A DNA stretch of 62,484 bases, filler included, from Dugesia japonica (taxonomy: Eukaryota), in NCBI GenBank assembly GCA_001938525.1. It is 6 parts of 6 records of this genome, joined end to end, with 100 filler letters (N's around TTAATTAATTAA, not from the genome) between each part and the next. Parts side by side here need not be neighbours in the genome. Positions count along the whole stretch, not along the records: positions 8,931 to 17,807 come from MQRL01625892.1; positions 17,908 to 29,309 come from MQRL01533526.1; 4 more parts are not named here. One strand, written 5' to 3'. The notes under the pieces are model-generated. The model ran no database searches. It was not told the origin of the DNA and saw nothing but the letters and a program-made list of their open reading frames with translations. Numbering within the stretch: position 1 is the first letter of the stretch; each line of letters begins with the position of its first letter. This document shows, one piece after another, positions 13,111 to 24,514 of this stretch. The translations under genes and the position numbers were made by a program.

Positions 13111-14005
13111 CTGCGCAATAAATAAATACAGAAAAATTAAATTTGTAGATATTTTTAAAATATAGCAAAATAAAATACAATTTAAACAAAATTAAGTTGT
13201 TATTTCAAAGTTACTACGTAGATAGAACTCATTAGCATTAGGGATGACAAATTACAATAATTGAAGTTTTATTAAAATACTGAAAATTTATAATGACTCC
13301 AAAATTTTTCATTATTCGTTATTGAAAATCCAATCCAATCAATCGAATCAATCCAACATGAAAAGTTTAATAGTTAATTAAATCTTTCAAAATTTTAAAT
13401 AAAGTTGCTGTTTCAAATTAAATAAAAATTAGGTGTGATTTCAGATTTTGCAAAATATATATACAAATGAACTTTTGGTTGGTTACCTATTAGCTATTTC
13501 TTTGTTATTATCCGATACACTCATTCTAATAAATATGAAACAATTTATAAGTAAAAAACATTATTACTCATTATACAATTAATTATATTAAATTGAATCA
13601 AAATACATAACTATAACTAAATGTTTCCAAAACAATTGAATTACAGTCCAAAAATTACAATTTTAAAATTAACTAGAATTACTATTACAATATGGATGAA
13701 ATGACCTCATTCAATTAAATTAAAAANNNNNNNNNNNNNNNNNNNNNNNNNNNNNNNNNNNNNNNNNNNNNNNNNNNNNNNNNNNNNNNNNNNNNNNNNN
13801 NNNNNNNNNNNNNNNNNNNNNNNNNNNNNNNNNNNNNNNNNNNNNNNNNNNNNNNNNNNNNNNNNNNNNNNNNNNNNNNNNNNNNNNNNNNNNNNNNNNN
13901 NNNNNNNNNNNNNNNNNNNNNNNNNNNNNNNNNNNNNNNNNNNNNNNNNNNNNNNNNNNNNNNNNNNNNNNNNNNNNNNNNNNNNNNNNNNNNNNNNNNN
14001 NNNNN

Positions 14006-14302
14006 AAAAGATTTTACACTTAATAACTAATTAAAGTATGTATTTTAAAAAATATTATGTTAGTGTACGATTGAACATTAGATTTGTTATTTTAATTCAA
14101 ATCATTGTGCTGCAAATACTTTAGATATTATTTTTAATAGTATTTTATTGTTGGTTTGAAAAAGCTAATCAAGTTAGGACTAAGCAGCAAATTTTTGTTA
14201 ATTGGCAGAATTGAATTGATAAACGGATTGAGGTACATACTGCCCGTCAATCTATTTTAGGAGATAAGTCGTAACATGGTAAATGTATCTGGAGTTGGAC
14301 TT
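14006..14302 (+). rRNA. rrnS: Mitochondrial 12S rRNA 3' part, nuclear copy (NUMT)
   Basis: Conserved SSU 3' motifs GGTACATACTGCCCGTCA and GAGATAAGTCGTAACATGGTAA with the very short helix 44 typical of animal mt 12S. Confidence 0.8.
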
Positions 14303-14369
14303 ATAAATATGGCCGAATAAATGTGTTAAATTTAGAACTTAATAATAGTAGTAAGATTTCTCTTTTATT
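14303..14369 (+). tRNA. trnL1: Mitochondrial tRNA-Leu(UAG) pseudogene within the NUMT
   Basis: TGGCCGA D-arm start; anticodon arm TTAAA-TTTAGAA-CTTAA with TAG at 14333-14335; lies directly after the 12S end. Confidence 0.6.
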
Positions 14370-14499
14370 CCTAAGTATTAATTTAACTTATAAAAAAATA
14401 GGTTTGTTTTAAATGGTTCTATAGTTTTGTTCAAGGTCAATAAATACTAAATTAATAATTTTAGTAAAATAAAAATGAAGAATAAATTACTAAGAAAAT

Positions 14500-14890
14500 T
14501 TAATTTAAAATATAAATCGTAAATAATTTTGAACTTTAAAATGAGTAACTTGCTGTTACTAAAAAGGTCGTTTTGTAAAAATAAAAATAGGGAGTGTTAG
14601 GTAAATCTTCCATTGGTAATTCATTTTCCAAATCAGAACTAGTATTTTGGGACATAATTTATTTTACTACTACAACTCTGCTATTTATAAATAATTATCA
14701 TAGAAAAGAACTGATTGAAACTTAGTACTGAATTAACTCAATTTCTATTGGCTAAAAATATTAAATAATATTTATTTCTTTATAGGCATGTAAAACCTAC
14801 ATTAATTAAAAAAACTTTAAAAGTAGTTATATTACTTATCAACTCAGAATTAATTTTTACAACAAAGAAATTAGTAACTCAAATGTTTTT
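14500..14890 (+). rRNA. rrnL: Mitochondrial 16S rRNA 5' part, degenerate NUMT
   Basis: ATAGGCATGTAAAACCTACATTAATTAAAAAAACTTTAAAAG resembles the mt-LSU GTAGGCCTAAAAGCAGCCA..AAGAAAGCGTTCAAG motif; position follows rrnS and tRNAs. Confidence 0.5.
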
Positions 14891-15125
14891 CGAGTGAATT
14901 TGTGCTAATTTTTGCGGGCTACAAAAAAATAATTTAGAAAAGTAATAAGATAGTCAGTATTGGCTAGAATCTATTCTTTCAAAAATTTAATTTATTTCAT
15001 TTATTACTTTGTCTGTAATTACTGAGGATATTTGTTAAATAATAATAAAAATTAATTGTAATAACTGATCCTGTTCGATTTTTAGTATAGGTACAGTTAT
15101 TTTACTCAAAATCTAGTTTAAAATA

Positions 15126-15196
15126 AGCGGTTCTCAAATTCGAACCTCTTGTTTTCAAATAAAAAGGCGATGCATTACAAAACTTATGAACCACCG
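15126..15196 (-). pseudogene. tRNA-like or SINE head remnant
   Basis: Minus strand reads CGGTGGTTCATAAG...GAGGTTCGAATTTGAGAACCG, with a B box (GGTTCGAAT), an A-box-like start and complementary CGGT/ACCG ends. Confidence 0.35.
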
Positions 15197-15399
15197 TCCG
15201 AATATCTTTACAGGTTAGTAAGTATTATGAGTACGTCCAAAAAATAAATTATATTAATTTAATGTTATTGTTAAATAAAAGTTTATTTAATAATTTTTTT
15301 ATTTATTTGATATATTGATTATTTATTATATATGTTATTTATAATAAATTACTGTTACTTACACGCCAATTAATAATTATAAATTTGGAACCAGATAAA

Positions 15400-15640
15400 T
15401 CTTTGTTAGTCCTTCAGCGATAAAGAATCTAACATGTTCCTTAATTCTTGTTCGGATGGTTCTGATTGTTTTACCTATTTTCTTTTGTTAAGCATAGATA
15501 TTATAACTGTTTCTACTGTTAATATTGTATCAGTTACGTTATTTTCACCATCAAATTTCATTAAATTAAAAGCTTTGTGTAAAATTAAATTACACAAATC
15601 TTTGATAATATTTCTTTAAAAATTATGAAAAAAATGTGTA
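15400..15640 (-). mobile_element. Penelope-like GIY-YIG fragment
   Basis: Minus strand IGKTIRTIRTRIKEH; shares TTAATTCTTGTTCGGATGGTTCTG with the copy at ~45410. Confidence 0.6.
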
Positions 15641-15649
15641 ATTTGAAAC

Positions 15650-16210
15650 TTTCCCTGTATTCAAAATGCTTTCCACTTCTTTAGCCATTCTATTCTCATT
15701 AACTTTGAACCGTGAGAAAATTTAATTTCTACTTGTCGATCTGATGTTAACTTCATTATTTGCTATAATACTTCGTAAAAGAATTCATTCTTCTTTCTTT
15801 TGTGTGGTTCTTCAAGAGTTAACATCCACTCGCCCATTTTGAAAATTATCTGTCCACTCTTTTCATTCTCAAATTTGGCCATTTTATTAATTGCACCATT
15901 TAAATTTTGTCTAAGTGTTTCTAGATTAACTGTTCTATTTTTTCGCTTTTGTATGCAAATTTATCTGCCTTTCAGCCTTACTACTTTCATCTGACTATTT
16001 TATTTTGTCGTATGAGCCCATCTGAAAAGGTTGTGAAGCAACTTGACCAGATTTTTCTATTCCGGGAAAGAAATCAAATGGTTTCCTTCCAAGATGCAAT
16101 CAATTATCTGCATAAAAATGCTTAGTTCGTCCCGTATGAACTTAATTTGTATATAATACAATCTATAGACATAAGCAATTGCATCTTGGACTTTAGACCA
16201 CCAACACAAA
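15650..16210 (-). mobile_element. Probable Gypsy integrase C-terminal remnant
   Basis: LGRKPFDFF...IFKMGEWMLTL pattern resembles post-rve tails; heavily decayed. Confidence 0.35.
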
Positions 16211-16739
16211 TGATTTGAGTTGGTGGTATCTATGGAGAGCTAATCAAGTGCTTTATTTTAATGGAATACATTTCGAAACGCTTGAAATGCTTAGTCTGAG
16301 CATGCACAAGATTACGTACAGTTTACGGGAACTATATAAATGTTCAGATGTAGCAGTAATTGGAACAGATAAAATCTACCTTATGCTGAAACAAATGCTC
16401 TTATCAAAACCTCGAGGTCTAGAAAGGATCTCATTTTCAGAATGTTCGCTGCATTCACTTTTCGTGATTCAAGTTCAATGTTTTTATGAAATAGACACAA
16501 TTTCACATCGGCGAACCTTAATAATGAAATCCGTAATTAACAATTGTGTTTAAGTTTTGGTCAAAACATTATAGACCTCTAGATATTGAGTTAAGCGTTT
16601 TTTAATATCTCGCTGAAATCAAAGAACTAGTTCAATATTCAGTTCATTTTATAAACAATGATTGCCAAATTGTCGCCCTTATTTAAGTCATTGACGGATG
16701 ATTTTAGCTGCGAACGCAACTGGTCAAGACTTCTCTTCA

Positions 16740-17070
16740 TTATGATCACCTTTCTTTGTCTATCTTTAGTTCTACAATATCTAACTCAGCATAATCCTTG
16801 AAATCTTCTTCTTCTATTATATGCGCCATCTCCGTTATCTGAATATATTCTTGTATCAATGATATTCTAAAATTCTCACCTTCAACTACACTTGGCCAAA
16901 GTTTGTTCCAGCAGACATTGAGCGTTGAATGCTTAATCTTGGTATATAATATTCTAAGATGCTTAATACAATCTAAGATTGTCAACATTTTTAAAGCATT
17001 CATAATTGGAAGAAAGTCATCATCTTTTATTTGTTCTAAAATATATGTGATGGTTTTCTAAATGTATAGT
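16740..17070 (-). mobile_element. pogo/Tigger transposase C-terminal fragment
   Basis: LTILDCIKHL...IKHSTLNVCWNKLWPSVV...EEDFKD...DIVEL resembles the Tigger1/TIGD C-terminus. Confidence 0.7.
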
Positions 17071-17106
17071 ACTGTTGGGGTCCTATTTGAGTTGGATGTT
17101 AAAAAA

Positions 17107-17740
17107 TGTTGTGACTGGGCGATCAGTCCTCAGTGGAACCCCGCAATTAATTTCCCCAATATTCTTTGATTGGGCTTTCGGAATGGAGCCGTTGACTCTC
17201 GACCCGTAGTCAGAGTACAGACACGCATTTCTTTAGTTCGAATTCACTAAATCGATTTTATTTTAATAATTAAGACAACTAACAGAACACATCAAGAATA
17301 TTTATTTAAAAAAAATTTTCATGAAGTCTGAGTGTATCCCTATCTGGCAGACAAGTCATCCGTAAGTTCAAATGCAACCTTGTCATGTTCATCGTTCCAC
17401 GGGTCCAATGCATCGAGACTCTATTTCGCTGTCATTTCGGCGATGTACTGCGCTAAGAAATTAACCTTATTGTACAATTGATTGGCTGAGTTCAAGTTTC
17501 TTTATTAAACGGTTTTTTTTGCGAGATTTTGCGCAACAAAGTTCACTCACATCCTTTGGCATAAAGCCGTTCTAGTAGAAATTGTTGCAAGAGTTTGTGG
17601 GATCGTCGAAGACTTCAAGACTTCAGATCCTAGTCGGATCTGAGGCACTAATATAATTAATAGGTGATAAGGAATCAAGATACGGTGAAAGATCGTATGT
17701 CCGTTTAAGTCCTAGTAGATGTGCCATCCATACTGTGACA
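17107..17740 (-). mobile_element. Putative solo LTR
   Basis: GC-richer non-coding island bounded on the minus strand by TGTCAC...CACAACA, with AATAAA signals. No TSD found. Confidence 0.4.
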
Positions 17741-17807
17741 CTACAAAATAGATAAGAGTTAGATTCAAGATAACTAAACGGTAGCTCGATAAGATAGCTA
17801 ATACAAT

Positions 17808-17907
17808 NNNNNNNNNNNNNNNNNNNNNNNNNNNNNNNNNNNNNNNNNNNNTTAATTAATTAANNNNNNNNNNNNNNNNNNNNNNNNNNNNNNNNNNNNN
17901 NNNNNNN
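17808..17907. other. Artificial contig-joining spacer
   Basis: 44N-TTAATTAATTAA-44N. Confidence 0.95.
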
Positions 17908-18186
17908 ATGTAATGTATAGGCAGTTTTTATTTCTTTATCAAATTGTACAAAAATAAAATTAAAAAAATTAAAAATGGCTGCATTTATCTTATTTTTGAA
18001 ATTTCTTTGTTTAATAATTTTTTATGATGATGTGACATGAAAATGTTTTATATACCAAATTAACTGTCATAAAATTGCGCGTCGTATAAAATAATGATTG
18101 GTGCGATATCATGTTTCTACTTAACCCTATGTCGAANNNNNNNNNNNNNNNNNNNNNNNNNNNNNNNNNNNNNNNNNNNNNNNNNN

Positions 18187-19137
18187 ATGTAATGTATAGG
18201 CAGTTTTTATTTCTTTATCAAATTGTACAAAAATAAAATTAAAAAAATTAAAAATGGCTGTATTTATCTTGTTTTTGAAATTTCTTTGTTTAATAATTTT
18301 TTATGATGATGTGACATGAAAATGTTTTATATACCAAATTGACTGTCATAAAATTGCGCGTCGTATAAAATAATGATTGGTGCGATATCATGTTTCTACT
18401 TAACCCTATGTCGAAAAAACAAACTTCCTTTGTTCCCGTTTTTCGACTGGAAGGAAGCATTTTAGGATACAAGTTCATGAGACATTCCTATCTTACTTTA
18501 TTTTTCTCTATCTATGTTAAAAATTTCGTTGCAATTAGACGTCAGCGGGGGGAGGGGGTTTTGAATATGCACTCTGTACTATGGGGTCATGCTGACATAC
18601 CTTTTGTGGCGAATTGAAGCATTTTTCGATACAGGTATTTTAGATGATGTATAGGTAGTTTTTAATTTTAGGAAGATTGCCACAAATTTCGAGTCAATAT
18701 NTTTCAAAATGGTGGTGGTTTACAATTTAAATATTTAATAACCTTTGAAGGGTCTGTCCGACAAAAATATTAAATGAATAACATAGCGCGGCTTCACTTT
18801 TCGCGTCCACCGATACCAAATTTGCGACTGTCCAATAGATATTGTAGACAATACGAACAAAAAACAAATAACCTATTGCGTAATCAAAATAATTAAGTTT
18901 TTTGAATGCGTTTTTAATGGGGAAGAAATTATTTTACGATACAATTTCATTACACATTCCTATGTTATTTTTTCATTCTCCACCCGATGGTGCTATTCAA
19001 GAAAAAAAATCAAAAAAAATAAATCAAAAAAAAATCTTAAAAAAATCAAAAAAAAAATCCCCGGAAAATAAATTTCCCCACGGGGGTTGGGGGTATGCAC
19101 TCTGCACCATGGGGTCATGCTGACATGTATCACTACT
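18187..19137 (-). mobile_element. Terminal region of a Polinton-type element (AGTAGT terminus)
   Basis: Ends ...ATCACTACT (minus strand AGTAGTGATACATGTCAGC). The motif TATGCACTCTG.AC.ATGGGGTCATGCTGACAT occurs at ~18567 and ~19094. Confidence 0.5.
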
Positions 19138-19332
19138 ATTGTTCGTGGTAATGTAGATTTGAATGCAACCAAAAAGAAAACATTGAAGAAACATAAAAAA
19201 ACTTTATTAACTCTTTTAAACACAAAAAATAGAAAATCAATGAGACGAGTAATAAACAATCAAGGAGGTGGCTTTATAGCAGCATTGCTACCAATTGCAA
19301 TGGCTGCCTTAGGCTTAGCTCATTTCAAATAA
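19138..19332 (+). pseudogene. Polinton/adintovirus small basic core protein (adenovirus pX-like), 5'-truncated
   Basis: IVRGNVDLNATKKKTLKKHKKTLLTLLNTKNRKSMRRVINNQGGGFIAALLPIAMAALG: basic tract, then a GG-F adenain-type cleavage site and a hydrophobic tail like adenoviral pX. Confidence 0.7.
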
Positions 19333-19694
19333 ATAATGGTTGACTTTATAACAGCAGTATTAATAATTAACTCAAATGAACAATGGATGGATTGCAATCA
19401 TTATCTAACTTTGACCTGATATTTGCATCAGATTGTTGTAATGGAGCGAAAAATGAAGATAATATGAATGGATTTAAAAAATTCAGCAGGTCTTCAAAGC
19501 GTAAAAAAGTTGATGAAAGCAGCTCAAAAAACGCAAAGAAAGGCGAAAAAGTGGTTGATGTTGAAAATATTTCCAACATGAGCATATAAAGCATATAGTA
19601 TTGATAATTTATGGTAAAATGTATCTAATGGGAATGATTCCATATTCAAAGAATAATAAATTTTACAAGTATATTTTTGTTATTTATCTTTGTT

Positions 19695-19918
19695 AGTAGG
19701 TAGATAGTGCAGCACTGGCACAGTGCATTTAATTGGGCAATAAAAAGAGTACCCCCTCCAATAAAATTTGCTTCAATTTTTGTGCTTCAATTTTTTCAAA
19801 TTGGTCTTTGATTTTTCAAATTGGTCTTCAATTGTTTCATTTGTTAACAACCTTTTTTTTGGTTGTTTTAAAAACCTTAACTAAATGCGTTCGTCCAGTG
19901 TTGCACTATTTACCTACT
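19695..19918. mobile_element. 224-bp MITE with Polinton-like termini
   Basis: Left AGTAGGTAGATAGTGCAGCACTGG; right (reverse complement) AGTAGGTAAATAGTGCAACACTGG. A third related end starts at 19942. Confidence 0.7.
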
Positions 19919-20191
19919 ATGCATTTTTATGTAAAAATAATAGTAGGAAGATAGTGCAGCTCTGTCTTACTCGATTCTTACTATCAAACCATCTTTTGAT
20001 GTATAAATGTTTGCTCATTTCGAATAACATGGTTACAAATTATATTTATAATTACATTTTAATTTTAAATTAACTATTGTAATTATTTTATTGAGTTGTG
20101 TATGCTAAGAGCTAATGGTAGTGACTATTGTGTATGTTTAGATACTCTCCCCAAAAAATATTAGCATTTGAAATCCAGATGATTTACATTT

Positions 20192-20500
20192 CCCCATTAA
20201 ATTAGCTTGGAAAAGGTTTTCCTATTAAATTAGCTTGGAAAAGATTTTTCCATTAAATTAGCTTCGAAAAGATTTTCCAATTAAATAAGCTTAGGGAAAA
20301 ATTTCCAATAAATAAACTGGGTTTAAAATTTTTCCATTAAAATAGCTTATAAAAAGTTTTCCCATTAAATAAACTGAGGTTATCCAAGTAATAATAAACA
20401 GATGGCTCACATCTACCTACTATTCATTAAAAAAGTTTGTGAGGACACTGAATTCTCATTAAATTAGCTTTGGAAAGATTTTCACATTAAAAAAGTTGGG
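20192..20500. repeat. ~28-bp tandem repeat CCATTAAATTAGCTTGGAAAAGRTTTT
   Basis: About 7 units at 20192-20380 and 2 more at ~20455-20500. Confidence 0.8.
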
Positions 20501-20789
20501 GTTAATTTTTAAAAAACAATCGAATCTTACTTATAAAAATAAACAATCTTCTTCTCTTAATAATAGAAATTTTATTAGTAATAAAGAAACAAAATTGATA
20601 TTTAATAACTTATATTTTAAGAAATCTTTTAACAGAAAAATAAATTTATTTTTAATAAAATTAATAAAAATTTAAATAAAAATTACAGTTAAAATAATTC
20701 GACTACAGACAATTAGGACGAATGAGGTCAACTTTTATTGGTTTTAGATGGTTTTTGTTAAGAATTTCCTCAATGAGATCAAATGAGAT

Positions 20790-21330
20790 TGATTTTTGGT
20801 TGGTTCAGGTGAATTCGGTCGAATATTTCGTTGGGAATCGTTGATTTGGGTAATTTTTTGGGTATTTGGTCGAATATTTTCTCGAGAATGGTTAAGTTGG
20901 TTAATTTTTGGGTGATTCGGTCAATTATTTACTTGATTTAGGCCATATTGGTCAATTATGTTCTCGGGTTTGTTTAATTTGGGTAATTTAGTTGAATTAT
21001 TTCCTCGAGAATAATTAATTTTGGTTCGTTTTGGACGATTTAGTCAATTATTTATTCGGTTTAGGTAATATTAGTCAATTATTTACTGTGGAATTGATAA
21101 ATTTTGGGTTATTGGGTTGAATTTTTCCTCGAGATTTGTAGTTTTTGGGTGATTAGGTCAAATACGTTTTTGGGCTTGTCAATTTGGGTAAAATAGTGTG
21201 AAATCGGTCAAATCTTTACTCGTGAATGGTCAGTTTCGGCAGTTTTTGGATAATCTTTGTCCATTATTTACTCACAAGGGATCAGTTTTAGGTGCATTTG
21301 AGTTATAATTTCCTCGAACTGGTCAGTTTG
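20790..21330. repeat. Degenerate G/T-rich tandem repeat (GGTCAATTATTT.CTCG core)
   Basis: Recurrent ttcggtcgaatattt / ttagtcaattattt / cctcgaga units with ~20-40 bp period. Confidence 0.65.
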
Positions 21331-24049
21331 AATTTTATAATTTGAAAATCATGTTAAAAATAAATAAATAAATAAAAAAATTCTGATGATGCTTAACGGA
21401 CACAAATAACAAATTTTTTTTATAATTTTGAACCAAATTTATTGATCCCCGTAGAGAAATTTATGCTGATTACGAATATAAATGATAGAACTTTGTCAAA
21501 GCAAATTACTTTGAAAAAAGTTAAAAGTTGTTACTTCTTAATAATTAATTAAAAATAAAAAGTATCTCAAATGTAATTATAAATCAGTCTATTCAATAGA
21601 GAATTTTACATTAATTCTAAATATGTAAACTTAAATTCAACAAATATTATAGATAAAAATTTTTATTGATAAACTAGTACTTTATTTGGGTGTCCCCGAA
21701 GAATTTAAAATAGTCTAATAATTTATTCGATTTAATCTATTTTTGGATGGTTTGACTACTTTAAATGATAATTTAATTTTCATTGATCTTTCCTCTCACT
21801 TATAGAATTTCTCACTGTTTGCTGGTCTTCAGTGATCAGTGCTCTGCACACTGTAAACTAGATTTCAGTGTCCTGATCACAGTGCACTGGATTTCAGTCA
21901 TCACTGTTCTGCTCATTATGCAATGGTTTTCGCACTCTTTGCTAGTCTTCGCTCTTCACTAGTGGTAAATATACTGTTTAACTAGTATTTAATTATTTAA
22001 CCTGTTCTATATTTTTTACTTTTAATTTTGAAATTAAATTAGATTTAGTGTACATATTTTTAATAAACTGTTCTATTTTTATATTAAAAATCTAATTAAA
22101 ATTTAATTTATCATATGAAATTTTTATAAAAATTGATTCATTATCAAATTATGATAATTGATAATCTTCTTCATTGAAATAATTTCTAAACATTCATTGA
22201 AAATAATCCATATAATTGATTGAATAAATTAATTATCCTAAATTGATAATTTTCAATGTGTAATTTGATTAAAACTTTGCTTCTGCTGGTAAATTGAATT
22301 ATGTTTTGAACAAATTTTTAAAAGTAATTTTGAAAATAAATTAAAAAATTTCATTGATAAATTAAAATTATAATAACAAATTCATTCAGTATTGAAAATT
22401 TTGAATAAATTTTTTAATGGTAATTTGAAAATATATTAGATTTCATGGATATGTTTTTATGAATAAATTTTAAATTTTTACGGTTAAATTAAAATTATAA
22501 TATAAAATGTTTATTAAGTATTGATGAAATTTTGAAATAATTTTAAATCAAATTAGATTTTGCGTGNATTTTTTAAATAATGTTTAATTTATAATGGAAA
22601 ATTTTTATTAAGCATTAGATAATTTGAAATATTTATTGAAAATAACTAAAATAATTGAATGAATAAATAGTTTTCAAATAATTATGAGAAAAGGATATAA
22701 AACATTAATTTTAAGTGTAAAATACACTCACTTTAGACTTTTTAAAATAATAAATGAAATTTAGGGTTTTACAATTATAAAGAGGAAAAAACGTTTACAA
22801 TTTTTCATTTTCAATTAGGATATTACAATAAATAAGGACAATTGTGAATCAAATTACTTACACAAATAGTTATTGATTTGATTATAACTTTAATTTGAAT
22901 AAAATTTCTTTGAAGATTTAACTAATTGATTTTAAAAGTTTTTTAAATGAATAAATTAATTGATTCGAAAAGTTAATAATAGGTTTAATTGGTTAGAATT
23001 TTATTGAATGAAAGAATAAATTTATATTACAAGTTGATGATTAATAGGTTAATCTATTTTCAAAGGAATTTTCTATATTAAGATGAAACTATGTGAAACT
23101 ATATGTATTATTTAATGGTTACCTTAATCTAAGTATCAAACATAATGTTTAATATACCTACAGAAAGTCACTTGATTCAATGGTTTTTATGATGTTAAAG
23201 TCATTTATTGTTTAAAGTGTTAATGTTTCTCTCATAATTTCTCTATTTTGCCCTGTTTTTATCTGATTTACTATAATTTCCCATATTTTTCCGATTTGCC
23301 CAATTTTCCTAGCATATTGAAGTATTGCGATTTAGATTTATTATTACTTTACCGATATTATCACTTTATTGCATTGATATTTTCTTCTGGTATGATATTG
23401 AGAATGAAATTTAGAGATAGTGAGTTTGAGGGTGCAATAGCTTGGATCCAGCGTCCTCAATATTAATAATTAAACAAGAATAAATAATTAAAACTATTGA
23501 GAAAACATATTTTTTACATTTTAAGTGTGCATGTATAAATTTGACCAATGAAAAAAAATTTATAAAGAATTTTTATTATTAAATAATGAGAAATACTGTT
23601 TTCTCTATGATTACACAAAATTTTAATAACTTTCAAATAGAATCTATTGCTTTTTCAATTTATTTTTAATGAAGAAAAATACAGATTTGTGAATATTGAT
23701 AAATAAAATATTTTTAATAAAAACCGAATAATAATGGTCAAATAATTTAGAGGAATCATTACTTACAAACAATAAGTATCATCCAGAATAGGCTTCTGGG
23801 CTTTTGGTGTTAGAACTTGCTATGTATCATGTTATTTTCTCCTTTAAACTGATGTTTCCTTGTGGGTGACTCTACTGAAAGCTTTAGTAATCTTTGTCTA
23901 GGGTATGACATAAAACTTAAATAACTTGGGCCAATCCTGGTGNCTTTGCCCTTTTCCCGGATCCAGCTGGTCTTTGTGGTAACCCGTATTATAGATTTGG
24001 GTCCTTATCTGGTTCTTTGATATTCTAATTAGTTAAATCAACGTTGAAT

Positions 24050-24514
24050 TAATTATTATGATTACATTCTGAACGAGAATTGAGATCAAACTTTGAAGAA
24101 GATTACTACTACTACATTTATATTAAATGTGAGCAATTTACATTTTGTACCATTACACATACACTAGAGATCAAATATTTATTGTTCCAAAATCAATCGA
24201 CTGAAACAAACAGCTTATTTCAGAGCATCGTGACACGATACTCCTCCGGTATGATGACGTTGTCGGGGTACACTCCTTATCGTGTAGATGGTTTATCACT
24301 AGGCGCAGGAGCTCATCTGATTGCTTTGTCAGCTCTTTCCTGAGCTCGAGTACTTCTCGGATTTGCGAAACTGCATCCTGTATCCCTGTTCGTTAGCCAT
24401 GATTTGTGTGAGCCGACGTTCCCCTGCTATAATGCATCGAGACGCCACGTGCGTTCGCTGGTTAGCTGTCTGATTGGCCACTCTTATTCTCGAATTACCA
24501 TCTCTCTTTGTTAC
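24050..24514 (-). mobile_element. Putative LTR (solo or truncated)
   Basis: GC-rich island starting TGTAAC on the minus strand, followed in order by CCAAT, TATA-like and AATAAA motifs. Confidence 0.45.

Noticed and set aside
16215-16620. 112-aa ORF with faint hAT transposase-like motifs (GTD, CSLH)
   Set aside because: Too degenerate to call without a profile search.
17908-18415. ~230-bp direct duplication across a short N gap
   Set aside because: Near-identical copies on either side of a gap at a contig start; most likely an unmerged overlap or haplotype artefact.
21383-21410. CTGATGA as a possible hammerhead core
   Set aside because: No GAAA after a stem II and no stem III.
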